This document shows positions 1 through 9,267 of a stretch of 53,853 nucleotides of DNA, piece by piece. Source of the stretch: a virus (taxonomy: Duplodnaviria; Caudoviricetes); IMG/VR virus record IMGVR_UViG_3300033417_000011, positions 1 through 53,853 of that record, one strand, 5' to 3'. The position numbers and the translations under genes were made by a program. The notes beneath the pieces are model-generated. The model did not search any database, was not told the origin of the DNA, and saw only the letters and a list, made by a program, of their open reading frames with translations. Each line of letters begins with the position of its first letter. The stretch's first letter is position 1.

Positions 1-494
1 AGGCCGACCTTAGCGTGGCCGACCTTCGCGGGGCCAACCTTAGCGTGGCCTACCTTAGCGGGGCCGACCTTCGCGTGGCCAACCTTCGCGGGGCCAACCT
101 TAGCGAGGCCGACCTTAGCGTGGCCGACCTTCGCGGGGCCAACCTTAGCGAGGCCAACCTTAGCGTGGCCAACCTTAGCGTGGCCGACCTTCGCGGGGCC
201 AACCTTCGCGGGGCCGACCTTAGCGAGGCCGACCTTTACCGGGCCGACCTTCGCGGGGCCAAAGGAATCATTAAAATTAGCGGCCTGCGAGACGACATTA
301 TAGCCGTATATGGTAGCTCTAATGTCTCCATTGGATGCCAAAACCTCTCAATTGAAGAGTGGCTGAGGGATTACGAAATCATCGGCAAAAAAGCCCGCTA
401 TACGCCGGAAGAAATCGCCGAGTATGGACTACGGCTCCGCTTTGTCGCTGAGCGAATCGAAGCGGAGTTAGCGAGATCCCGTAAGGGCTCATAA
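1..494 (+). CDS. Pentapeptide-repeat protein, C-terminal part
   Basis: [10 protein letters not shown] repeats (15-bp unit gcc-Rac-ctt-Mgc-gDg), then a C-terminal domain with [13 protein letters not shown] typical of phage pentapeptide proteins. Confidence 0.85.
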   Translation, partial: ADLSVADLRGANLSVAYLSGADLRVANLRGANLSEADLSVADLRGANLSEANLSVANLSVADLRGANLRGADLSEADLYRADLRGAKGIIKISGLRDDIIAVYGSSNVSIGCQNLSIEEWLRDYEIIGKKARYTPEEIAEYGLRLRFVAERIEAELARSRKGS

Positions 495-499
495 CCCAC

Positions 500-573
500 T
501 TCCTTCGGCGAGGCACGCGCGGCCGTAGCGTTAGCGAATCCATCGACATGTGGGCCAATATCGACCGCGTGAT
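500..573 (+). repeat. 74-bp dispersed repeat, copy 1 (copy 2 at 30351..30424)
   Basis: TTCCTTCGGCGAGG...GACCGCGTGAT is identical in both copies except A537 vs G30388. Confidence 0.95.
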
Positions 574-755
574 GTCCAAACCGACTACCGGGGTAAGCCG
601 CAGCTTGAAATCGAGTCTCAATATGTCTCTCGTATAAGCCCAGAGTGGTCCATAAGTGGATGGATGGAGTGCCGGGAAGATGAGTTTGACAATGCTCTTG
701 CTATCGCTATGGCGGAGTTCAGCAACCCAAAGCGGCGGTTGGCGTATCTGACGCG

Positions 756-1250
756 ATGAACATGCTAACCAAACCACCCACTTGGAACGCCAGGAGCGCC
801 AGCCTCTGCCGCACGCTGAGGGACCGCAACGGTGGGACGCTGCCGTTCACGCTGGCCAGGTTCCGCGCATGGCTGACGTGTGAATCTCAGAACCCCGCAG
901 AGCCAGTCAAGGAGCGGCTGCTGTGGAAGTGCCCATACAGCGGGCGACTCTTGAACTTGTCTGAGATTGCGATAGACCACAAGCAGCCGATGGCCCTTGG
1001 GGGAACGTCGGATCTTGGGAACCTTCACGTCTGCCACGAACTACAAAACAGGGTCAAGGGCAAGATACCGCACGAGCAATACCTGCAACTGCGCGAACTG
1101 GTCCAGGGTTGGCCCCTAGAGGCCGCGACGGACCTCTACGGTCGGCTGGCAGCTAAGAAGGCTTGGCATAAGGCGTTTCAGGACCGGCGGGCTCAAGTGA
1201 GAGCGCTAGGGAAGGGGAAGCCTTCCTGGGGCCGGAGGGGCGGCAAGTGA
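756..1250 (+). CDS. HNH endonuclease
   Basis: CPYSG...IDHKQPMALGGTSDLGNLHVCHELQNRVKG HNH signature. Confidence 0.85.
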   Translation: MNMLTKPPTWNARSASLCRTLRDRNGGTLPFTLARFRAWLTCESQNPAEPVKERLLWKCPYSGRLLNLSEIAIDHKQPMALGGTSDLGNLHVCHELQNRVKGKIPHEQYLQLRELVQGWPLEAATDLYGRLAAKKAWHKAFQDRRAQVRALGKGKPSWGRRGGK

Positions 1251-1272
1251 AGCCGCTCGCCATCGACCTCTA

Positions 1273-1794
1273 TTGCGGAGATATGAATTGAGACGAGGCG
1301 AGAATCTGCGCAAGTACGACCACACCGGCCCGACCTATCGGACGTGCCCGTCTGAGTACCGGGCATGGAGTGGCATGCTGACGCGGTGCAGAAATCCACG
1401 CTTCAAAGATTTTCACCTCTACGGTGGTCGAGGTATTGCTGTTTGCGAGCGCTGGTTAACGTTCGCCAATTTCTATGCCGACATGGGGACACGACCATCG
1501 CCAAAGCATTCATTGGATCGTTATCCAGATCGTGACGGCAACTACGAACCGGGCAATGTGCGCTGGACAACCGCGAAGGAACAAGCCAGAAACACAAGCA
1601 GAAACCGTCGTATTGTCTGCGACGGACAACAAAAAACGTTGACTGAGTGGTCGGAATCCACGGGCTTGAAGCGAGAGATTATAGCGGATCGCCTGAATCG
1701 CGGATGGCCGATCAGGCTCGCCCTCACCACAAATCCAATACGCCAAAGGGAAAGGAGCACAGATGGGAGTTTCCAAAAAGCCTTTGGCGATTGA
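1273..1794 (+). CDS. Phage HNH-type homing endonuclease
   Basis: EYRAWSGMLTRC..YGGRGIAVCERW..F..FYADMG.RP...SLDR..DGNYEPGNVRW...EQARN, a common phage HNH family. Confidence 0.8.
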   Translation: MRRYELRRGENLRKYDHTGPTYRTCPSEYRAWSGMLTRCRNPRFKDFHLYGGRGIAVCERWLTFANFYADMGTRPSPKHSLDRYPDRDGNYEPGNVRWTTAKEQARNTSRNRRIVCDGQQKTLTEWSESTGLKREIIADRLNRGWPIRLALTTNPIRQRERSTDGSFQKAFGD

Positions 1795-2680
1795 TTTATA
1801 CGCGGGCTTAGGCGGCTGGGCCGAAGGGTTCCTATCTGAGGGTTTTGACGTCGTGGGGTTTGACATCGAGCGGCGCCCGTACCCGGCGCAGCTTGTCCTA
1901 CAGGACGTTCTGACGCTCGACGGTTCGCGGTTCATCGATGCGGCGGTGATCGTGGCCTCGCCGCCCTGCCAAGCCTATAGCTACCGGGCGATGCCGTGGA
2001 AGGCAGCGAAAGCAAAGACCCCCGAGGAATTGGGTTTGGGATGCCCTAAATGGTGGGATAAGTCGCAAAAGGAAATGACGGAATGCGAATCGGACGAATG
2101 GAAGGCTTGGCGGCAATGCTGGCCCCGAGAGCCGCCCGACAACACGCTGTTCGATGCGTGCTTTCGGATTCAGCGGGAGGCGTCAGGGGCGGCGGGGCGT
2201 CATGTGCCGATGTTGGTTGAGAACGTCAGGGGCGCGCAGCAGTGGGTTGGGCGCGCGGCCTGGCATTACGGGAGCTTCTACCTTTGGGGGGATGTTCCGG
2301 CGCTGATGCCGATCGCGAAAGCGGTGAAGGTCGGCGGGGCTCGTGGCGACGACTGGTTCACGCATCACAACAGGCCAGAATTTGTAACCAGGATGCAGCG
2401 GGCGGCAGAAAACGACGGCGTGAAAGCCCCAGGGCTGAACTGGTCAGATAGGTCGAAGCGCGGCCAGGATTTCACGCGGGTCGCCGGGGCGCGGGCGATC
2501 AAGAACAACGGCGTGAAGCAGTGCGGGGATTGGTTCGGTGCCGGCGAAGACTGCTCAATCGCCCGTCGGCGCTCATCCCGTAGCGATGCCCGTAAGCACG
2601 CCTCAGCCCTGATCGCCAAGATTCCCTTCCCGCTGGCCCGGCATATCGCGCGGTGCTACCGGCCGGAGGTTGCCGCATGA
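1763..2680 (+). CDS. C5 cytosine DNA methyltransferase
   Basis: Motif I DLYAGLGG, motif IV ASPPCQ, motif VI VENVRG. Confidence 0.85.
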   Translation: MGVSKKPLAIDLYAGLGGWAEGFLSEGFDVVGFDIERRPYPAQLVLQDVLTLDGSRFIDAAVIVASPPCQAYSYRAMPWKAAKAKTPEELGLGCPKWWDKSQKEMTECESDEWKAWRQCWPREPPDNTLFDACFRIQREASGAAGRHVPMLVENVRGAQQWVGRAAWHYGSFYLWGDVPALMPIAKAVKVGGARGDDWFTHHNRPEFVTRMQRAAENDGVKAPGLNWSDRSKRGQDFTRVAGARAIKNNGVKQCGDWFGAGEDCSIARRRSSRSDARKHASALIAKIPFPLARHIARCYRPEVAA

Positions 2681-2861
2681 GTGCCCCAGCTATTGACGCC
2701 CTCTACCGCCTCCCCGGCAGCCCGCTGGTGTGGCGCGTTACCGAGGTCGTTGAGGACGCCTGGGGCGTCGCGGTGCGGCTCCAGCCGCCGGCGGGGCAGC
2801 AGGGGCAGGCGCGGGCCCTGGTGCCGCTGGGGGAGCTGGGGGAGTGGGAGGAAGTTGGCGA

Positions 2862-3137
2862 ATGAGCGAGACGAAACCTAAGCTACCACCAATCGAAGGT
2901 GAGGCATGCTCACATTGTGGCGAGGCAGTCCCGGCGAATCCACAGGCTCCAGAGTGGGTTCCGCACACGGCCCTAGATAAGGATGGAAATTACTTTGCTT
3001 GGTCGCACAACACCTGCGGGCCGTGTAAGGGATGGCCAAACTACAAAGGTGGGTTTCTTTCAGTGGCCGAGAAATCGCTGAGCGTGAACGCGAAGCGTAT
3101 ACGGACCAGAAGGCAGCGAAAGGCTGCCCGTGGCTAA
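2862..3137 (+). CDS. Hypothetical protein with CxxC pairs
   Basis: ATG overlaps upstream stop; CSHC and CGPC. Confidence 0.5.
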   Translation: MSETKPKLPPIEGEACSHCGEAVPANPQAPEWVPHTALDKDGNYFAWSHNTCGPCKGWPNYKGGFLSVAEKSLSVNAKRIRTRRQRKAARG

Positions 3138-3945
3138 GTTTTGGGAGCTGCCGTTTAACTGTGATCGGTGGAGATCGTCAGATAGCCACCTAGTCATGAG
3201 CCTTGAGGAGAAGGGCTTGTATTTCGAACTCCTGACGTTTCAGTGGATGAAGGGGCAAATACCCGAAGGGGATGACTTGCTGATCGCAAAAATCGCAAGC
3301 ACATCAGTCGCGGAGGTTACCCGACTTTGGTCGCCTGAAGGGTCGCGTGTTCGAGCCAAGTTCAATCTCATTCCTGGTCGTGGCTGGGTCAATCAAGACC
3401 TCGAAGAAATACGTGGACGAAAGCAAAGAATCGGAAAAGTCCGTTCGAGGGTCGGAAGGCTTGGCGGTATCTCCAAGAAAGGAAACGGCTCTAAAGCAAT
3501 TGCTTCCGATTTGCCAGAGCTTTGCTTAAGCAAGCCGTTAGTAGTTAATAAGAATCCTTCTCTCTCATCTTCTAACGGACCGGGAAAGAACCATGAGATA
3601 CCCACTGAAGTACCGCGCGGAAATAATGCGCCGATTTTGCTCAAGCAAAACGGAAGCAAAACGGAAGCAAAACTTGAGCAAATCTGGGCCGCCATCCAGG
3701 CCGAGCACCCACGAGGTCACAACCCCAAACCGAACCTCGCCTGCCAGTTGTTCCTGAGCCGCTTCGACGACGCCACGGCGGCGGCGGCGCTCCGCCAGCA
3801 CCGCGAGGTCTGGCAGCCGGCCTGGGTGGCGGGCCGTATGGTGCCTGACCTCCACAACTGGATTCGAGACTGGCACCCCGAGGCCGACGTGGCGGGCCAG
3901 AAGCGCGAGGTGGACAGCCTGAGCGAAAGGATCAAGGAACTATGA
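3130..3945 (+). CDS. Replication initiator-like protein (YdaU/DUF1376 family)
   Basis: N-terminus LPFNCDRW..DSHLVMSLEEKGLYFELLTFQW..G.IP, followed by a low-complexity linker and a C-terminal domain. Confidence 0.7.
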   Translation: MAKFWELPFNCDRWRSSDSHLVMSLEEKGLYFELLTFQWMKGQIPEGDDLLIAKIASTSVAEVTRLWSPEGSRVRAKFNLIPGRGWVNQDLEEIRGRKQRIGKVRSRVGRLGGISKKGNGSKAIASDLPELCLSKPLVVNKNPSLSSSNGPGKNHEIPTEVPRGNNAPILLKQNGSKTEAKLEQIWAAIQAEHPRGHNPKPNLACQLFLSRFDDATAAAALRQHREVWQPAWVAGRMVPDLHNWIRDWHPEADVAGQKREVDSLSERIKEL

Positions 3946-4220
3946 GAGTGAAGCGCGGCAATAAGACAAAGCAGCAAGAACTCGAAATGGAATTATTCCA
4001 GTGCCAAGAGAATCTGCGCTCAATCGTGAGGGATCTTGAGCATATCGACATCCTGATTCCGGCTGAATCCTCTCGACACGGAAGCCATATGAACCGTAAA
4101 ACCCATGGAGAGGAAATGGCGATCATCGAAGCACGCAAGAGCGTACTGCTCGGATACATTCAAGTGATCTGCCGAGATCATATCCGTTGGTCAAAGAGGC
4201 TATTAGGTGAGAACCTATGA
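3942..4220 (+). CDS. Hypothetical protein
   Basis: ATGA-coupled on both sides. Confidence 0.5.
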   Translation: MRVKRGNKTKQQELEMELFQCQENLRSIVRDLEHIDILIPAESSRHGSHMNRKTHGEEMAIIEARKSVLLGYIQVICRDHIRWSKRLLGENL

Positions 4221-4630
4221 CCATCCCACGCGCCCTGGCCCGCAAGCTCGTGATGAAGTTCTCGGCTCGTCAGTTCTTCCCCAAGGAAGACGACGCCATC
4301 GCCGCGCTCATTGACGCCTTCCAGAAGTACCCGCGTACCAAGGAGCAAGCGCAGCAGGTAGCGGAAGATCTGGAGTCCGAGGACGGCTGCCCGACCGTGG
4401 CCTCGATTCGCCGGGTGTCGTTCTCTACCCGCGAGAAGACCTGGAAGCGCGAGATGATCACATGCCCGCGCTGCGGCGGCACGGGGTTCGTGGAACGGAC
4501 CTTTCAGCGCAAGGGCCTGCCGGGGGTCGAGCACGCCGCCGCCGGCACCTGCGTTGCGCCGTGCAGCTGCCGCGCGCCGGCCGACGAGGCCCTGGCCTAC
4601 GTCTCGGACGAGCTGGGGGGCGGGGTATGA
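4217..4630 (+). CDS. Zn-finger protein, possible helicase loader
   Basis: CPRCGGTG...PCSC, located near the initiator gene. Confidence 0.45.
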   Translation: MTIPRALARKLVMKFSARQFFPKEDDAIAALIDAFQKYPRTKEQAQQVAEDLESEDGCPTVASIRRVSFSTREKTWKREMITCPRCGGTGFVERTFQRKGLPGVEHAAAGTCVAPCSCRAPADEALAYVSDELGGGV

Positions 4631-5091
4631 CCCTAACCCGCAAGAAGTTCGTCCAATGGCTCAGGGAGCAGGAGCCGGGGCGCGAGTTCGTCAAGGGCTG
4701 CTGCCATGAATGCCTGATAGCCGAATATCTCAGCGACGTGCTACGGGAAGCGGGGAGTAGCGGCCTTCGAGCGTGTCCGCATTGCGGGGCTGAGGCTTGG
4801 TTGACCATAAGCCCCAACTGCTTTAATGGCGTCCCCGGCCATCGCGTGGAATGCCAAGGCCGCTGCCACGCGATGACGTGCTGGTGGCATACAAGGGAAG
4901 AGGCAGTTCAGCACTGGAATGAACGTACAAGCGACCCAGCCTGCGACCTGATAAACGCGGAACGAAGGACACGGTTAGCGCTAGAGAGGCTAGACGTCAA
5001 ACACCCCGAGTGGCTAACTGAAACTGGCGCAGAAAAAGTGCCCGAAGTGGCAACTCGTCAGGAAAGCGATCGGGCCGATGAAGCGTTCTGA
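4627..5091 (+). CDS. Lar-family restriction alleviation domain protein
   Basis: LRACPHCG...VECQGRCHA...TREEAVQHWNER; ATGA overlap at 4627. Confidence 0.65.
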   Translation: MTLTRKKFVQWLREQEPGREFVKGCCHECLIAEYLSDVLREAGSSGLRACPHCGAEAWLTISPNCFNGVPGHRVECQGRCHAMTCWWHTREEAVQHWNERTSDPACDLINAERRTRLALERLDVKHPEWLTETGAEKVPEVATRQESDRADEAF

Positions 5092-5166
5092 AGGGATGGA
5101 GCACGTCTGACCCCCCACGCCGACCCGGCTTAGGTGTGGCAAGGGACAAGCCGAGAAGGAGCAGCA

Positions 5167-5424
5167 ATGACAGACCGCGACATAACCATCAAGGAAGCCG
5201 CCAAGGAACTCAACATCGGCTACGACACGATGCGCCGCATGGTCGAGCGCCGCGACGACGTGTACCGCTACGGCACCAACCGCCGCGCCCTGTGGCGCGT
5301 GCCAATGAGCGTGGTCGAGCGTATCCGCCGCGAGCATCGCAACAAGCCCAACGTGGACAAGGAGAACCGCCTGGGCGTGCTGCTCGCACGGACGCGGGAG
5401 CGGATGGCGCGGCGGGTGCGGTGA
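5167..5424 (+). CDS. Excisionase-like HTH (HTH_17/Xis)
   Basis: ITIKEAAKELNIGYDTMRRMV...LWRVPMS; AAGGAG RBS; upstream of the integrase. Confidence 0.7.
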   Translation: MTDRDITIKEAAKELNIGYDTMRRMVERRDDVYRYGTNRRALWRVPMSVVERIRREHRNKPNVDKENRLGVLLARTRERMARRVR

Positions 5425-5465
5425 AGGAAGGACTAACTTTTGAAGCCCGAAAGGACTGAAATGCT

Positions 5466-5675
5466 ATGAAACAGCGGCCCGCCTACAAGAACATCGACGA
5501 CGCCCAAAGGGATCGAGTGCAGAATCTCATTAAAGCCCTACGTCTATTCCTTGATCGAATGGACCGATACGGCCAATGGGACGAAGGGTGCTTCTATTAC
5601 AACGGGCGAGCGTGCTCCGAACTTCAAGAGCCGATCAAAAAGGCATCTGAGGCCCTAGGGGCTTACAACCGATGA
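5466..5675 (+). CDS. Hypothetical protein
   Basis: ORF coupled to the methylase start. Confidence 0.45.
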   Translation: MKQRPAYKNIDDAQRDRVQNLIKALRLFLDRMDRYGQWDEGCFYYNGRACSELQEPIKKASEALGAYNR

Positions 5676-6331
5676 ATCCCTATTACCAGGAAGATGGGAT
5701 AACCATCTACTGCGGTGACTGCCGGGAGATCCTGCCGTCGCTTGAGCCCGATGCGATTATCACCGACCCCGTGTGGCCGAATTGCCCGCCGGGGAAGATC
5801 ACCGGACACGATCGGCCGTATGAACTCTTCGCTGAGTTCTGCGCCTTGATTCCAAGTTCGGCGATCCGGCTTGTGGTGGAGATGCGTAACGATTGCGACC
5901 CGCGCTTTCTGGGACCCGTCCCTGCGCGACTGCCTTTCCTGCAGGCGATTTGGCTTCAATACGTGATGCCCGGTTACCTGGGACGAGTGCTCGGCGGCAA
6001 CGAGTTGGCGTACGTCTTTGGTATTCCGATTCGTTTTACACCGGGGCGGCAAGTCATCCCCAGTGTTTCACCGAAAGCTCAGCCCGGCGACAGGCCAGCC
6101 AACGGGCATCCGATGAGCCGGGCGCTGGCGCATCAGTCCTTCATCGTGAACTGGTGCTCCGACCACGACGAGTTAATAGTTGATCCATTCTGCGGCTCTG
6201 GCACGACCCTGCACGCGGCAAAGAATCACGGTCGTCAAGCCATCGGCATCGAGATCGAAGAACGTTTTTGCGAGATCGCGGCCAAGCGGCTGGCGCAAAG
6301 AGTCCTACCTTTATGTGGGGTAGCGAGGTAG
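5672..6331 (+). CDS. Amino (N4-C/N6-A) DNA methyltransferase, beta class
   Basis: IYCGDCREIL, TDPVW (DPPY variant), VDPFCGSGTT, IGIEIEERFCEIA. Confidence 0.85.
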   Translation: MNPYYQEDGITIYCGDCREILPSLEPDAIITDPVWPNCPPGKITGHDRPYELFAEFCALIPSSAIRLVVEMRNDCDPRFLGPVPARLPFLQAIWLQYVMPGYLGRVLGGNELAYVFGIPIRFTPGRQVIPSVSPKAQPGDRPANGHPMSRALAHQSFIVNWCSDHDELIVDPFCGSGTTLHAAKNHGRQAIGIEIEERFCEIAAKRLAQRVLPLCGVAR

Positions 6332-6335
6332 TACA

Positions 6336-7436
6336 ATGGCGCTCATGCTCAGACTCGTCCGCCGCCACACGCCTAGCTGCCTCGCTTCGGCCCCGAAGGG
6401 TAAGCGCCCCCTGGACTACCGGCGGTGCGCCTGCCCGATCTACGTCAAGGGCTGGGACGGCCTGCAGAAGCAGGACCGCGCGTCGCTGCGCACCGGCGAC
6501 TGGGCGGAGGCCGAGCGGCTGGTGGAGAACATGAAACAGACAAGGGTCGCGCCGATGCTGCTATCGCACGCCGCTGAGCGGTTTCTCATCGACCAGGACC
6601 GCCGCGCCTTGGCCCGCGAGACGGTGCGCAAGTACCGCTACCTGCTAGGCCTCGTGGGCAAGGCGCTCAAGGGGCCACTTGAAGACATCACGCCCGAGAA
6701 GCTGCGGGAGTTTCTCGGCGGGCTCGGCGTCGCGCCCCTGACGCAGCGCAAGCAACTGGAGCGGCTGCGGTCGTTCTTCAAGTTCTGTGTCGATAGCGGC
6801 TGGCTGGCCATCAACCCGGCGCTCGCGGTGCGCCCGCCGCAGGTGCGTGAGAAGCAGGTGATGCCGTTCACCCAAGAAGAGTTCGGCAAGATCCTGACCG
6901 CGTGCACGAACCCCAAGCACCGCGCGTTCATATTGCTCGGGCGTTACAGCGGCATGCGCATCAAAGACGTGGCGTGCCTGGAGAAGACGCGCATCCGCGC
7001 CGGCAGGCTGTTCATCTATACCGACAAGACGGGCACGCCGGTTCACCTGCCGCTGCCGCAAGTCGTGCTGACGGCGCTTGAGGCGTTCCCGCACGTGTCG
7101 GAGCGCTACTACTTCTGGTCGGGCAACGGCTCGCGCGACGGCCACTCGCGGTCGTGGGTGGACGAGCTGCGCGACAACGTGTTCTCGGTGTGCGGCGTCC
7201 CCGGCGCGCGCTCGCACCGGGTACGGCACACGTTCTTCGTGGACCTGCTCTCGAACGGCGTCTCGCTCGAAGAGGCGGCGAAGCTGGGCGGCCACCGCAA
7301 CAGCCAGGTGACCGAGAAGTACTACGGCGCCTGGATTAAGAAGCGGCAGGACCAGGCCGAGGAAGCCGTAACCAGGATTTGGGCCAAGGACCCGGTGGTT
7401 GTGGCGGGGATGAAGGCAGTGGAGGGGGTTCAATGA
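6336..7436 (+). CDS. int: Tyrosine integrase
   Basis: YSGMR..D, K-TG, HRVRHTF, LGGH...TEKYY catalytic residues; attP nearby. Confidence 0.95.
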   Translation: MALMLRLVRRHTPSCLASAPKGKRPLDYRRCACPIYVKGWDGLQKQDRASLRTGDWAEAERLVENMKQTRVAPMLLSHAAERFLIDQDRRALARETVRKYRYLLGLVGKALKGPLEDITPEKLREFLGGLGVAPLTQRKQLERLRSFFKFCVDSGWLAINPALAVRPPQVREKQVMPFTQEEFGKILTACTNPKHRAFILLGRYSGMRIKDVACLEKTRIRAGRLFIYTDKTGTPVHLPLPQVVLTALEAFPHVSERYYFWSGNGSRDGHSRSWVDELRDNVFSVCGVPGARSHRVRHTFFVDLLSNGVSLEEAAKLGGHRNSQVTEKYYGAWIKKRQDQAEEAVTRIWAKDPVVVAGMKAVEGVQ

Positions 7437-7705
7437 AGACGTTGTTACCCGGCGCACGAGTGAGAGTCTTCGACGCGAAGCTATTCCGTAATGACCGCTC
7501 GACGCCGCTCAGCATGACCATGCAGCGGGCGACGGTCGTGCGATGGTACGGCCAGATCGAAAGACGCTATTCGGATGGCCTGACGCTCGGACCTTACGAC
7601 AGCTTGATCGACGTTGTTTTCGACCACGACGGGCGACTGTCACGCGGTCACTTCGCACCACAGAGAGCGCCCCGAAAAACCAAACCTGACACAGTAGATT
7701 TGTAA
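7433..7705 (+). CDS. Hypothetical protein
   Basis: ATG overlaps the int stop; GGAGG RBS. Confidence 0.5.
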   Translation: MKTLLPGARVRVFDAKLFRNDRSTPLSMTMQRATVVRWYGQIERRYSDGLTLGPYDSLIDVVFDHDGRLSRGHFAPQRAPRKTKPDTVDL

Positions 7706-7721
7706 CATATTGAAAAGACAG

Positions 7722-7748
7722 TGGCGGTGAGGGTGGGATTCGAACCCT
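7722..7748 (-). other. attP core: 3' end of a tRNA (Ser-like)
   Basis: Reverse strand reads AGGGTTCGAATCCCACCCTCACCGCCA (T-arm, acceptor 3' strand, CCA). It is flanked by TGACACNNTA repeats at 7687, 7861 and 7871 (arm-type sites) and by IHF-like AT-rich motifs. Confidence 0.85.
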
Positions 7749-7904
7749 GGGGTGCCTTTTTAGAACCGACATGGAATCAGTAAGTTATTGGAAATACAGG
7801 GCTCTCGCGGTCGCAAAGATGACGCTCGGCAACCTGCAACGGCATCTGAAAAACCAAAGGTGACACACTATGACACTCTACAGGAAGCAACGGAGGCGCG
7901 GTCG

Positions 7905-9023
7905 ATGAAAAGCAAGATCGAATGGACCCAGGAAACCTGGAATCCAGTGCGCGGTTGCAGCCGGATCTCGCCGGGGTGTGAGCGCTGCTATGCGGAGCGC
8001 ATGGCGGCACGGTTTAGCGGATATACGACGCGCGCCGTTAGCGGCGAAGATCTCACACAGGTTTCCGTTCCAGACAAATTCCACGGCTTCGCGGAGCGCA
8101 CGAAAGCGGGCCCGCACTGGACGGGCCGGGTCGAGCTGATCCCCGAAAAACTGACCGAGCCGCTGCACTGGCGCAAGCCGCGCCGCGTGTTTGTGAATTC
8201 CATGAGCGATCTGTTTCACGAGGCGCTGCCCGACGAGGCGATCGACGAGGTGTTTGCCGTGATGGCGCTGTGCCCGCAGCACACTTTCCAGGTGCTGACC
8301 AAGCGGGCGAAGCGGATGCGGGAGTGGTTTGCGGCCAAAACTGAAAACAACCCGCCGGATCGCCCGCGAAGGTACGACTTTCGCGGCGCAGTAGTCAGCG
8401 CTTTCGCGAAGATGCAACTGGTTAAGTTGGGGTTCATCCCTGATAAGGAATGGATCCCCGAGGCGAACGACTGGGTTGATCGCTTTCCGTGGCTGGACTT
8501 GAGCGGGCCGTGCATGCTGTGGCCTCTACCCAACGTCCACCTGGGCGTCTCGGTCGAGTCCCAGAAGTACGCCGACGAGCGCATCCCGGAGCTGCTGGCG
8601 ACCCCGGCGGCGGTGCGGTGGGTGTCGGCGGAGCCTTTACTTTCCGAACTGGACTTCGGATCAATCAGGGCCTACGAAGGCAAATATTTTCGACTGTTCG
8701 ATTCACTGCGAGAGATCGAGACACCGGACATAGGAGTACGGCCAGCACTTAACTGGGTTGTCGTCGGCGGCGAGTCCGGCCCCGGCGCACGGCCCATGCA
8801 CCCGGACTGGGTGCGGTCGATACGCGACCAGTGCCAAGCCGCCGATGTACCGTTTTTCTTCAAGCAGTGGGGAGAGTTTGTTCCGCGCGGACAGGAGCCA
8901 ACTCAAGCACTAGCCACACGGCGCGTATTGCGGTTCCAAGAAGGCCAGGAGTTCGCCAAGGTCGGCAAGAAAGCCGCAGGTGCAATGCTCGACGGCCGCG
9001 AGTGGCGGGAGTATCCAGCCTGA
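7905..9023 (+). CDS. Phage Gp37/Gp68 (DUF5131) family protein
   Basis: SKIEWT..TWNPVRGCSRISPGCERCYA, FVNSMSDLFH, WVVVGGESGPGARPMHPDW, FFFKQWG. Confidence 0.9.
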   Translation: MKSKIEWTQETWNPVRGCSRISPGCERCYAERMAARFSGYTTRAVSGEDLTQVSVPDKFHGFAERTKAGPHWTGRVELIPEKLTEPLHWRKPRRVFVNSMSDLFHEALPDEAIDEVFAVMALCPQHTFQVLTKRAKRMREWFAAKTENNPPDRPRRYDFRGAVVSAFAKMQLVKLGFIPDKEWIPEANDWVDRFPWLDLSGPCMLWPLPNVHLGVSVESQKYADERIPELLATPAAVRWVSAEPLLSELDFGSIRAYEGKYFRLFDSLREIETPDIGVRPALNWVVVGGESGPGARPMHPDWVRSIRDQCQAADVPFFFKQWGEFVPRGQEPTQALATRRVLRFQEGQEFAKVGKKAAGAMLDGREWREYPA

Positions 9024-9053
9024 CCCCAAGGAGTAGCCGTCAAAGCGCCCGCG

Positions 9054-9266
9054 ATGACAAACAACAAGCCCCGAACTTCTAATAAGCTCAACTACGTCCG
9101 CCGTAAGCTCGACGAGCCCAGGGAGGAAAAACGGATGAACCTGCACCTGCTGGAGGAGGCCGTCACTGAGCTGCGCGAGCAGATGATCCAGGTGCAGCGG
9201 CGGCTCGGCATCCGCCCGAGCGTGGAGTTGAACCTGGAAGATATTCTTAGAAGAAAGAAAGGATAG
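9054..9266 (+). CDS. Hypothetical coiled-coil protein
   Basis: ORF in operon context. Confidence 0.45.
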   Translation: MTNNKPRTSNKLNYVRRKLDEPREEKRMNLHLLEEAVTELREQMIQVQRRLGIRPSVELNLEDILRRKKG

Positions 9267-9267
9267 C

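Noticed and set aside
500-573. Diversity-generating retroelement template/variable repeat pair
   Set aside because: No reverse transcriptase is present, and the pairs differ at only one or zero positions
1280-1800. Group I intron in the methylase
   Set aside because: There is no non-coding room for a ribozyme core around the HNH ORF, and the methylase has its own regenerated start
7722-7790. Complete tRNA gene
   Set aside because: Only the T-arm and 3' acceptor strand are present; there is no D or anticodon arm or 5' strand, so it is called attP
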